From Podarcis muralis (Eukaryota), in assembly GCF_964188315.1 (NCBI RefSeq), contig NC_135659.1:53072001-53136000 (forward strand): DNA of 64,000 nucleotides, in the 5' to 3' direction. Position 1 is the stretch's first letter, and each line of letters begins with the position of its first letter. A program made the position numbers and the translations under genes. Positions 47,291 to 58,609 of the stretch are shown here, piece by piece. The notes under the pieces are model-generated. The model was not told the DNA's origin and searched no databases. It saw nothing but the letters and a program-made list of their open reading frames with translations.

Positions 47291-49888
47291 TCAGTCAAAG
47301 CTTTCTTCTTTACGTGCAAGGATAGCTAAAGGAAACAAGAATGGATTCAAAGGGCAGATACCCAGAGTCTTCCAGTCCATGGCAGAGGCAGAAGTTGCAT
47401 CATCTTTGGAAGTGGTAGGAGAACTACTACTCTCCTCCTGTAGTGGTAAGCCACTTGTAGCTGGCTGCACATGCGGAAATAGCTCCCCATTATTGTTTAC
47501 AGGCTGGTTGCCCTCTTTCATTCTGCTTCTTTCACCTGTGTAGTGGGTGTTCAACTCTGTGTAACATTTGTGCATGTGACTCTTCAGCTTCTTAAAGTCC
47601 AGAAAGCCCAGCTCTTCTGGCAGTGACAGTAGCAAATCTAGTACCACAGCTGACTCTGCAGAAAGCAAGCAAAATGTATGAGGAGAGTGGCTACACTCAC
47701 TTTGGCAGAAACATAGGCAGGATTTTTTTATCTCCTGCTCTCCAGAGATTCTGCTCTTACAGATTCTGAAACTTCACCCTGCCTCCAACATGTGTAACAA
47801 ATGAAGTAGAAAATTTTCTCACATTAACAGCTAAGCTATTTTAGATTTTTAAAAATTATGTCTTAGAGGTTAAGGATAACTTTCTAAATAAGAAGTTTTA
47901 TTTTAAAAACTGGAAATCTGATGAGAACCTTTTATCTGTTTTACATTATATGACAAGTTGCTGCTTCCTCTCACCTAGGAAAACTCTACCTGTCTCCACA
48001 CTCACGGGCCACTCATATTTTCACTGGGTGGGGTGGGGAGAAACATAACAAACAATTCCCTTCTGAAATGTTTTCCTTAGTCCCTCAAATCCCACCCATC
48101 ATCCACAACAGTAACCTCAAAGGTTACCCAGCAAGGTGGTTGTTGCTTTTAGTAGCACTAAATATGTTGGAAGTTTTGGCAGAAGGAGTACAGTTTTTGG
48201 CAGGACACATAGTGTTTCCAGTCCTAGGGGATGCTCCATTTCTGGGAAGCGTTTTTAAGATTTAGTGTCCAGCCCTTCAGCTGAACTAGAACTCCACAGC
48301 CGATGACAAAAATGGCACAATAAAGAAAAAGCAACAGAATAAAAAGGAAGGGATGGAATGATTGCAAATAAAACTCAATAAGGCAGTTTCCATAAGGAGA
48401 AATGTTTTTGCCTGGCACGAATAATACAGTAGGCATGCTGTAATAGATGTCTTGGTTACCTGGAGTTACATTCAAGTGCAGAAACATTTCTTCCAGTAGC
48501 TGCCTGTTATTTAAATTCATCTTGGTCCAACACAAATGCCGACTTACCACATGGTGGGAGTTCAGGTGCCTTACAGCCACGTGAGATCACAGAAAGGTAC
48601 TTGTAGATCTTTTCAAAGTCCACATGGAACCCACTGTTTTCTGCAGGGGCTATTTCCTCTACATTTGATGATACAGTTGGTTCATGAGATTCTTCATCGG
48701 ATTTCCTACTCTCACTATGAAGATTTTGGGATGAACATTGAGAATTCTTTATCACCACTGACTTTGGAGGCACGGAATGGAGCAAGGTGAGTGGCTCAGT
48801 AGATGCAATTGTCCAAACCTAATGAGTAGAGAAAAAGTCACAATCAAGTATGGACTTTGTATGCCAAGTAGTCAGGGGTTCTCTAGTAAACCAAATACAT
48901 TTCCCAGCATTAAATCTGTCTGAAAAGTTATACAAGAACCAAGAGAACCAGGACAGAGCCATGTATTTCAGAGACATTTTGTCAGATGGAGACATACAGA
49001 TATCTTAAATTACTACACCAAGAACAATATCTATCTTATTAAGATCAGGGAAAAGGTTACCTGGGAAAAAGCAGTTGCCACAGCATCCTCAAGGGGACCT
49101 GTCAATTTCTCAGCTAACTCTGTCCATATCTAAAAAAAGGAAGTGTCAGTTGTGTGAATAGCCCTTAGCTTATGTTGTGCCATATCACATTACCTACACT
49201 TTTAAAACTCTCATACCTCAATAGGTGCTGGAATAGGAGCATCCTTCTGTTTACGCTGGCGATACTGATATTGTTCCTTGACTGCTTCCTTTGCCACACG
49301 CTCTTTCAGGTGCTCCACAAATGCCATGATCTGCAAGAGCAGCACAACTTAGGGGACATACATGGAATGTTTTGGGAAAGACACTATCTATCTTTCTGAA
49401 GACATAAAAGCTGAGCATTTCTTCAAGGCAGAAAGTTTGCAATTACTCCCCTTTAACTAGGATTTGCCAGTATGAATGTGTAGAGGATTAATAAAGGAGC
49501 ATAGGTCCTCTCCCAATTCATCCTCCCATGTCGTCCCTTATGATTTATCTGCCAAGGCCATCTAGCTCTCGTGGCTGACCAGAGATAGAGTCCTCGTCTC
49601 CAAACCCTGCATACTGGTCATCAGTCCGCCAACTCGTGGGGTTGTTAGGAAGCTCACAGCCCGGCCAAGTTCGAATCCTGCCCTCCACCACGTGGCCACG
49701 CCTCAACCCACCTCTTCTTCATCCCTCGAAGGCAGGTACTTCTTCAACAGCTCGGGCCGCAGCGGACCCTGGCCGTGAGCTCTCAAGGCCCGAAGAAGGC
49801 GTCGCTTTTCTGGGTCCGTCCAAGCCTGGCTCGTGGGGGCCGTCCTGTAGCGAGCAGGGGCTGAACGCTGCCTGGAAGGCGGCTTCAT
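47291..49888 (-). CDS. SNAPC2: snRNA-activating protein complex subunit 2 (SNAP45), 5 coding exons, ~331 aa
   Basis: Exons 49888-49712, 49330-49217, 49129-49061, 48818-48548, 47655-47291 (996 nt, in phase, TGA). MKPPSRQRSAPARY, PAPIEIWTELAEKLTGPLED, TIASTEPLTLLHS, VDFEKIYKYLS, ESAVVLDLLLSLPEEL and GICPLNPFLFPL match recalled SNAPC2. Probable non-coding first exon ending at 50038 (donor at 50036-50037; acceptor at 49893-49894). Confidence 0.94.
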
Positions 49889-50353
49889 GGCGCTGAGAAG
49901 AGAAAACAATATAAAGCTAAGAACCTAAAACACGCCCAGGGGTGTCAATTGCCACCCGCCCAGCACCTATTCTCTTTAGCCCCTCACCTCTAGCCACCCG
50001 TTCCTGGCTTCTAAGGCGACACAACGCTGCTCGTTACCTTCCGGTAGTCCTCAGTCCTCAAACACAACGCCGCCTAGTTTGCGAAAAGCCATTGCTTCCA
50101 GGTTGTCGCAATCGGATGACGTATAAAAACGCGCCGACGGGGGCCGCCGAGGACCAGAAACTATCAGAGGCGAAAGCAACCTTAGCAGCGTCTTCCGCTG
50201 GGACGGTGGCGGAGGTGGGTTCTAGAACGCCTCGACGTCACGAAGGAGCTCTAGGCTGCGTAGCAACCGCATGGCTCTTGCAGGGATTCCTGAGACCCCC
50301 CCGTTCTCACGGGGGGCTCTAGAATGGGACAGATCGCCCTTAAGTCTGGCTAC
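49889..50353. promoter_or_regulatory. CpG-island bidirectional promoter, SNAPC2/ZPBP-like gene
   Basis: 465 nt of CpG-rich sequence between divergent ATGs. CRE-like TGACGTA at 50117-50123 and CGACGTCA at 50233-50240; RFX half-site TAGCAAC at 50261-50267; ETS core CTTCCGG at 50038-50044. Confidence 0.65.
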
Positions 50354-53300
50354 ATGTCTTGCTGGTCGGCCGGCGTCGCTTTGGGGATCCTAGTCCTATT
50401 GCTGTGTGATGGGCCCGGTACGGAGAAGGGTGCTGTCGAGGGGCTAGGCTGCAACCGGGTGTCTCCTCGAGGATGTGGTGGTAGCACATCAGAGCTGCAG
50501 TCGCTTGTGAAAGAGCCAAGGGCACTGTCTCCTAAACGCCTGCCTGTTATACGAGTTTATTAATTCAATTAACATTCGAATCTGCCCTCAAAAACGGATG
50601 GAATCGCCTCGCAGGCAGCTCAAAAACACAATATTCTGGCCCGAAATGGCTCCTTCATGGAGCTAGAGAGCTGAATCGTGAAGTTCAATTTGAGACTTCT
50701 GAAACTGACTTTGTATATTGCTATCCTCCTGAGGTCTACCAAATGGTGTCAGGAGCAAGATCCTGGCTGGGGTGGGTGGACAGTACAGAGCCACATTGTA
50801 CAAAGGTGGCAGTGGGAACAGGATTGGCACCCCATGGAAAAGGGTGGCTCAGCAGGCAGAATTAGCTGTTCCACCCCACAAACCATACACTGGAATAAAC
50901 TACATACACAAATGAAAATGTATTGTAACAATAACTACATCAAAAAAATAAATATATAATTAATAATTCAACATCTAAGTTACTGCAGTTTAGGGATTTT
51001 AACACAGAATTCTAAAACTGGCCAGCGGCAGCCATTAATGCAATCCCATGTGTACTCAGAAGGAAGTCCTGTTGAATTTACTAGGGCTTCCTCTTGGGTA
51101 TGGTGTTAAGATTGCTGCCTACTTTCCAGGTGAGGAACACTGAGGCTGAGAGATAAGTGATTTCTATAAAGTCACCAATGGCAGATACAGTCATACCTCA
51201 GGTTACAGATGCTTCAGGTTGCATGTTTTCGGGTTGCACACCGCTCCAAACCCGGAAGTACAGGAATGGGTTACTTCTGGGTTCAGCACTCGTGCATGTG
51301 CAGAAACACTAAATCATGCTTTGCGCATGCACAGAAGTGCCAAATTGCAACCCACGTGTGCGCAGACGCGGCACTGTGAGTTGCGAACGCTGCACGGATC
51401 ACGTTCGCAACCCAAGCGTCCACTGTATATATCAGTTTTACTCGCTGTTGTGGAAATACTCTGTGTCATCCGGGGATTTGCCAGTATATCCCAATTTAAC
51501 TTCCGACTCTCCCTGGTCAAAACACAGGAGCTCTGGGGTGGGTTTCAGACCGCACAATGTACCATGAAGCTGGGAACTACCGTTTTATGAACACACAGAT
51601 ACAGCAGACAAGTCTGTAATGATACTTTCCAAAGGAGGGATCATGCTGAAGTCTGCTCCTTTTCAGGCTGTGGACTTCACCTTGACTTGTCTGACAATGG
51701 AACTCCTGCAGGACTGGCACGTGTTAGAAAGACAGCTGGAGAGATTGGTGAGAATGTAATAAAGATCAGTTCCATTTAGCTGACACTGCACTAAGTAAAA
51801 TAAACAAGCAATAAATGGGGACATCGTCTGATCAGCTCGATCCACTGTGGCCTTGTTTCATCCATCTTCAGTGGCCATCTGATCTGTGCCTTGAATCCAT
51901 GGCCTTGGCACTGTGCTCTGGCCACCTGAGCTAGCCAAGCGATAGGTGATCATTAGATGATTTGAGCCCATTAACACAAAGCCCAACCAAGAACCTTGTT
52001 TTCCCATTGCCCTATCACCAATGCCAAATTGATTCTGATTTATTCGTTATTTACTAAATTTAGTAAAAATTTATTAAAAAGCCCAAGACAGAGTACACAG
52101 CTCTTCCACCTTCCATTTATCTTCATGGCAACTCTATGAGGTAGATTAGGCTGAGAGGTAGTGGCTGGCTCAAGGTCATCTAGGGAGCTTCATGGCCAAG
52201 GGAGGATTTGAACCCAGGTCTTCTTGGTTCTAGTCAGACGTGCAAACCACTATATCTGCCTATTTTTTCAGACACCATCTTTATCCACATTGGTGCCAAG
52301 GAATTTACTATCCCCTGCAAGTCTTCAGAGATGGATGTTGTGATTGGTATGAATCCCACCTACAACTGGAGCCTGGAAAATGAAGGTTAGGCCTTATTGC
52401 TTGGGACTCTAGGATCTTTCAGTAGATGTCAGGGACAGATGTGTGAGGGAAAGAAGAGGATGGATTACTTGGGAAAAGGCACCTGTTGGTGTCCCAGGCC
52501 TGCCAATGTTTTTTCTAGAATGATCAGCAACAGAGATTTTTTTGCACCTCAGACTGATTTGAACTTTAGCACCCAAGATAAATATTTCCCAAGCATTTTA
52601 TGTTGAGAATTAGTTTAGTCTTGCCTATGCCCTCTGTGTCCTTGTGCCTTGGGCAAGAGCCCATGTTATGTCTGTCCTCCTCCTAATGCTACAGAGAGGC
52701 CATTATGTGGCTAAATTTGGAGTGAGTGGGGATTGGGCCATGTGGATTTCATTAAGGAGCCCATCTTTACCTCTTATACCAGTTCAATCCCTGCTTGGGG
52801 TGAGGCTTGAAGATGCATGAAAAGGTAACTTGCAAACACATTGATGCATCTGTTAAGTTTCCCAGATGTGAAACCAAGTTGACCTGAAACTGACCGCGTC
52901 TGGAGAGATTATTCTTCGCAACAGGCATATTGGCAAAAACATCAGAACTACTGGAAATGAAATTGACCCAGAGCTCAGCTTTTTAAGGTTCCTGTTACTT
53001 AAAAGTTATGACTGAAGCAAGCTGTGAGACAACTGACTTTTCCAAACCCAAAACTTGGTTGTAAAATAGTATCAGCATGTCACAAAATATTGACTAACTG
53101 TACCTGCCAATCTAAGCTACCCAGTGCATGGTTCCTATAATAAGAAAATACGGTGTAGAATGTCGGGATTCAAGAAAGGTATTTTGTATGGGCATTCATG
53201 GCATAAGGGCAGCAGAAAATAATTAGACTCTCTCAATGCATCCATGTACCAATGAGCCGAGAGCCACATGAAGCTATAGAAGTATTAAAAGACAGGGGGT

Positions 53301-56300
53301 TTCTCTTGACCTCAGTATTGGTGCCTAAGCTGGTTGTAACAGAACATTGTTCTCCTTAGGCTGATTCTGCCCTCTACTTTCAGGAACCCATCCCCTCAGT
53401 GGTGATGCTTCCCTGACTCTACATGATTTTCATACTGATGACAGTGGACTGTATGTCTGCACAGTCTCCTACACCACGGATGGCCAGCTCCATACTAAAA
53501 CTTTCTATCACACAGTGGTGGGTGAGTGGATTCCAGATGTCTTGAAGGATAGTGAAACAAAGGGGGCTGAACTATTTGACTAGATGGGTGATTGGCTGGA
53601 ACCAGGAGGAAGCTAGTGGAGGGGGGGGGGGACATATACTGGGAGAAATTTTGGCCTGTGGCCAGACGCTGTGGCCAAACATAGGTGGTTTCTCTGTTCT
53701 CCTAAGGATCCACTGTCTTTCTTAGGTGTTTACAATTTCTTTCCGTACTCTTTAACTTCTTAATAGTGGACATGATGTGGAAGATGTGACTTTTGCCGTC
53801 TTTTGAGCTCCTGTTTTTGTAGGAGAAGCTGCCTTCCAGATTCCCCTTCCTCTGCCTCTTTCCCCAGGCTACCACATACGTGCAGAGCTGCACGTCCTAC
53901 TGCTTTTTCAGTGCAACTCTTGCGATGAGGAATTGACGCACGGGTTCCTGAAGACCCTGCGAGAGCATCTGAGCGAGGTGGTGCACCACCTCCACTGTGA
54001 ACTTCTGCTTGGCGCCATCAGCTGCTTCCCCACCATGGAGAAACCCTTGGATGAGTTCAACTTCCAGGTAGAGCTTGAAGGTCAGAGCCAAGAAATTCAG
54101 GGTGTTTCTAGACGATGGCAGTCAGGTTGGCTGGGTTCAGTCACAGTTTGGGGAGGAAGTGAAGTTTGGAGCAGGAGAGGCTCGTGCAGAAAGGCAGGAT
54201 TTCACCAGCTAGGACTGCCTACTGAAAACACCAGAAGTAAGTGTAGCCTCAGTGTGTGTCTTTGCTGAGAACAGACAGATTTTGGGTAAAGGTACATTCC
54301 CTTGGATTGGCCGGAGGAACATTTCTTAAGCAGCAAGGGTGGCAATGGATATGTATCATGATCTGGAGGGTTGCGCTAAGTTGAATTAACATAATTTACT
54401 GCATTCATGCAAGCATCATATAGTGGATCTGTTTTGCCATATCCTGGAATGAGGGTTTGGACTCTGTGTGCACAGATGGAAGAGCGAGCCTATTGGCAAA
54501 GGGACCGTAACATATTTATCATTGTTTTCTAGTATCTCCTTTTGGGAAGGGCTGGGATAAGTTCTGCTCCCCCAAGGCTGATGCACTGGAATTTGATTGT
54601 TATAATGGAGCTGTCTTGAGCAATCTGCAGCAGGTACGTCACCAAACCTCATCTCTCCCCTACCAGGAAATAAGTTTGCTGGGGCTTTGTACCTACATAT
54701 GTTGCTGAGCTGCAAAGGGAAACCATGTCTTTTATCTTCTGGAACAAGGCTAATGTGCATCGCTGCACATGGAATGACTGGGGTTATTTACTTTGAGGCA
54801 ATACAAGCAAGAATCGCATGGTTATGCATATTTCGAAGAAACGATGGGTGCTTGCATTCTAGGCATTTACAATGGAATTGCCACGTTTTGTTCACTCACT
54901 CTTGTGATGACCCTGTCTTCAGATTCTTATCCTTCTCTGTTTTCCCTGCAATCCTGTTTTCCTTCCCTTTTCAGAAAAACAGATCAATAACAAAAAGCAG
55001 ACCTCCCAGTCTTCCTTCCCCCACTCTTGAACCACCCTATGCATCTCCCTACAGGCCGAGGAAGCAATAACCATATTCATGGAGAACAACAAACGTTTCC
55101 CCTTGGGAGAGGCGCCCACCTCCCGCACCTCCTTCGTCAACACCTTTGTCAACTTCCTGGAGGGTGGAACATGCCTGGAAGGTTATGGACAGACCCCGGA
55201 GCTACAGGCACGCTGTCCCGACTGCTGTAGTGAGTGGAGCAGGTGATCCATGAGCTGCTGCCTCATCCCTCCTCAGACGCTGCCTCTGGTCCCATAGGCT
55301 GCAGTGTTTGTTCATGCCACTGGGAAGCCTCTCGCCACATTTGTTCTTAGCTGTCACCCCAGCCTTTGCAAACCCAGTGCCTTCCAGATGTTTTGGAACA
55401 CAACTCCCACCAGCCCCAAAACATCTGGAGAGCACTGGGTTTGTAATGGCTCTCTTCTCTCTACCTTCCCTTCCTCTAGAGCAGTGTTTCCCAACCTTGG
55501 GTCTCCAGCTGTTTTTGGAGTACAACTCCCATCATCCCTAGCTAGCAAGACCAGTGGTCAGGGATGATGGGAACTGTCATCTGAAAACAGCTGGAGACCC
55601 AAGGTTGGGAAAGACTGTTCTAGAGTTTCACTGTAGCTCTGCCAGGTGCCCTTGGGCTGTGTACACTTTAGTTTTCACCCCTCGTGGAGCTATATTTCTC
55701 AGCAACCTTAACAAACTACAGTTCCCAATATTTTTTGGGGGAAGTCACGTGCTTTAAATGCATGGTGTGTACACAGCCCTTGGATCCGACCTGTAATTCC
55801 ATCCAGTCAGAGCTATTTTGTCCACCTGTTTAACACATTGCACTAAGCATGACTCCCTCGACTCCAGGAAGAGACATCTTCTCCACAACTCCTTTGAGGA
55901 GCACAATTGAAAAACGATGCCCCTTGGGTAGGGCTCACACGGTATGCGGCCAGCTTTGAAAACCCTCTCTCCCTAATCCCTCCCCACCCCTCCAGCTTAG
56001 CTGATGGAGGAATGAAACCTGTGTGCTGTCTATATTTCAGGCTCTGCTTCTTTCGCTCCCCCCTCCATGCCTTTATCTGCCATTTTGCTTGACAGCTGCG
56101 TGCCCTCCTGGAACATATAGTGTGTCTGCAGCTGGAAATTGTGTTCCCTGCCCAAACGGATCATACAGCCTGCGCTATGGGGCAACTGTGTGCATTCAGT
56201 GCTACCACAACGGGTCAACCTTGCACCCTGCTGCCAGAACAGCTGCAGAATGCATGAGCCCAGAAGGTATGTATCAGGTGGGAGACATGAGGAAGGGCTT

Positions 56301-58609
56301 CCTGAGAGACCTCTCTGGATTTTCCAGCACTGGTTCTTGGATTTAGCATGCTGAGAGTCAAGCTAGACGCAACGTAAAATATGTTCAAGGTTTTAAAAAA
56401 TGCACATAGCATCAGCTGTGTGGCTGGGGCTGATAAGTATCATGATTGTAGGGGGTGAAGGGGGGGATTTTAACACTTTCCTTGCCACAGTCCTGAGAAA
56501 AATCCCTCCTCTGAAATTGGGAAGATTTGCTGCAAAGGGGAATTTCTTCCCAATGGAAATACTAGCTCCAGAGGAGGGATTTACTTCAGTCCTGGATGCT
56601 GGACTTGAATTAGTTTCCTTGGTTCTGTGTTTTATTTAAAAGGTGGCCCCTCACCTGGGTAACAGACAAAGTGATGTAGAAGTAAATTCTTACCACAAGA
56701 CTCACAACAGGAGAGTTAAATTTCACCTCCTGTGATCGTGTTAATTATCCATCTTCCCTAAGGTGATGCTCTGTATACTTAATGCCCCCTCAAGCCTGTA
56801 TGTTAAATCCAAAGACAGATTTATCTTCAGATGGCTATGTTCCACCTCCACTATTGGCTGTTGCACTCGTGTCCTGCTTGCAGGCTTCCTGCAGACCTCA
56901 GTGAGAACAAGATGCTGAAGGAGGTGGTCCTTTGGCCTGATCTAGCAAGGCTTTTCTTGTGTTCTTAGGTACCTAAGAAACAGCGCTCCTAGACTGCAAC
57001 CATATATACGAGCATCTAGTGAGGGAACAGTTCTGCGCATGTGTGAATTTGGTCCAAACAGTGTTTGTTTATACTGGCTGCCTATTTCCCTTTGGCCTTT
57101 CTTTCCACTGTGATACTTAAGCTCACCTGCTGTTTAACTTAATAGAGGCAGGTGCTACTGCTGGATAGGCAGCTTGGCTCTGGGTGCTGAGGAGAACTGG
57201 CACTCTTGAGTGATCTGTGTCTCTTTCCACGCAGTCCCTCCAACACATGGGTTTCCTGCTCTGTTGGTGATCTTTGTCGTCCTGCTGCTTACTTGCCTCT
57301 GTATCATTGTGCTGTGAGTTCTGGGTTTTCTTCTTTCCTGTCTAAGCCCACTTCTGTAAAATTTGGTGGGCCAAAGAGATGTGTGGCTGGGCATTAAGTG
57401 AGGGCAGGGTCCCAAGAAATGACAGTGGCTGTGCAACCAGTTAGCACAGATAATTGGGGGTGGGGGGTGCCTAGGGAATGCCTCCACTACGGGATCATAT
57501 ATCTGCACCACCAGTTCTCTACTTTCCTGGCTTCTGGGACTAGAGTGCACCAAACAGGTATTGCTTTCATTCCACCTTTGCCCTTCCTCTGAATACAGCC
57601 CCCTTGCATAGTTTCCCCACATGCCTTTCTACAATTTGATTATTATCACTTTTCAGTAACCACCACCTGATCCTGGCCAAGATACCCCAACCAGCATATC
57701 CTAACCCAGGGGTCAGCAACCTTTTTCAGCCATGGGCCGGTCCACCGTCCCTCAGACCATGTGGTTGGCCGGACTATATTTTGAAAATAATAATAATGAA
57801 TGAATTCCTATGCCCCACAAATAACCCAGAGATGCATTTTAAATAAAAGCACACACTCCACTCATGTAAAAACACGCTGATTCCCAGACTGTCCGCGGGC
57901 TGGATTGAGAAGGCGATTGGGCTGCACCCGGTCCACGGGCCTTGGGTTGCCTACCCCTGCCCTAACCCAACAGAGTTCTTGGGCAAGGGGGATGTTACCA
58001 CTTTCCTATGAATCTGGCTTCCATATTCCTTATATGTGTCCCTCCCTGTATTTTGCTCATGGGGTTCTGGGCAACCAGAGCTGTATGGGAGGGGTGCCTA
58101 CTAAGATCCACATGCCTTATGGTAATAAAGATTCCCTGTCTCTGTGCAGCTGCTGCTGGTACTTCCGCCGTAGAAGGAAGAAGAAACAGGATTCTTTTCC
58201 TAAAGGTGATGGCGAGACCAAGCAGGAAAAAGAAGTCACAGTCCTTGCTGTTCCGGACTCCCCAAAAGATGACTCTCCCCTGTTGCCTTCTATCACTTTG
58301 GAGAATCCTGACAAAGATGACTCTCCCCTGTTGCCTTCTCCCACTTTGGAGAATGCTGAAAAAGATGACTCTCCCTTGTTGCCTTCTATTACTTTGGAGA
58401 ATCCTGACAAAGATGACTCTCCCCTGTTTCCTTCTCCCACTTTGGAGAATCCTGACCAAGAAGGTGTCATGTTTCCAACTCCTCCCAATCCAGAGGAAGA
58501 GCCAGGTGGGGCTATTTTGCCGCCCCTTTTTGAGCTAGAAGAGCAGCCTGTTATTGAAAATGTTGTGTTCCCATCATCCTCACCTGTCTCAGATTTTGAA
58601 AGTACATGA
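50354..58609 (+). CDS. Unnamed ZPBP/Sp38-like type I transmembrane protein, 10 coding exons, ~531 aa
   Basis: Exons 50354-50417 (signal peptide MSCWSAGVALGILVLLLCDGP; an in-frame ATG also at 50324), 51667-51747, 52272-52385, 53384-53521, 53868-54080, 54533-54633, 55055-55229, 56096-56266, 57235-57313 (TM), 58150-58609. All introns are GT-AG and the phases join into one 1596-nt ORF. Features: Ig-like C...W...DSGLYVC; CNSC...LSEVVHHLHCEL and CLEGYG...RCPDCC resembling ZPBP1/2; ACPPGTYS...CVPCPNGSYS...CIQC Cys-rich module; hydrophobic ALLVIFVVLLLTCLCIIVLCCW followed by RRRRKKK. Family assignment is from recalled ZPBP motifs. Confidence 0.82.
51188..51425. mobile_element. Tigger-like MITE in ZPBP-like gene intron 1
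   Basis: TA|CAGTCATACCTCAGGTTAC...CCCAAGCGTCCACTG|TA; internal AACCCGGAAGT related to 15424-15648. Confidence 0.7.
52115..52245 (+). mobile_element. MIR/CORE-like SINE remnant
   Basis: GAGGTAGATTAGGCTGAGAG...CAAGGTCATCTAG...GGATTTGAACCCAGGTCT core-like segment. Confidence 0.55.
55482..55617. mobile_element. Palindromic hAT-type MITE
   Basis: CAGTGTTTCCCAACCTTGGGTCTCCAGCTGTTTT...AAAACAGCTGGAGACCCAAGGTTGGGAAAGACTG long inverted repeat. TSD CTCTAGAG/TTCTAGAG fits the NTCTAGAN hAT target. Confidence 0.8.
55654..55779. mobile_element. MITE with GGGCTGTGTACAC terminal inverted repeats (possibly Harbinger-type)
   Basis: Perfect 13-bp inverted ends; TSD unclear. Confidence 0.5.
57707..57959. mobile_element. 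hAT (Charlie-like) MITE in ZPBP-like gene intron 9
   Basis: CAGGGGTCAGCAACC...GGTTGCCTACCCCTG ends, TSD TCCTAACC/CCCTAACC. Internal sequence shared with 28932-29183. Confidence 0.85.
58265..58456 (+). repeat. Coding minisatellite, 4 x 48 bp (16-aa KDDSPLLPS[I/P]TLENPD)
   Basis: Units at 58265, 58313, 58361 and 58409, in frame within the last exon of the ZPBP-like gene. Confidence 0.95.

Noticed and set aside
49636-49690. tRNA-like GTTCGAATCCTGCC...CCACCA in SNAPC2 intron 1
   Set aside because: Only a B-box-like motif at 49669-49678. The T-stem does not pair, there is no A box or D/anticodon arms, and the span is too short for a tRNA.
54061-54067. Donor CAG|GTAGAG at 54067 for ZPBP-like exon 5
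   Set aside because: Its phase is incompatible with the next exon; GAAG|GTCAGA at 54080 keeps the frame into SPFGKGWDKFC.
57905-58149. N-terminal part of the 234-aa ORF 57905-58609
   Set aside because: It starts inside a hAT MITE in intronic sequence; the real exon begins at the acceptor at 58148-58149.
57995-58538. Alternative-frame repetitive ORFs (154 aa minus, 176 aa plus, 123 aa minus)
   Set aside because: By-products of the stop-poor 48-bp coding minisatellite.
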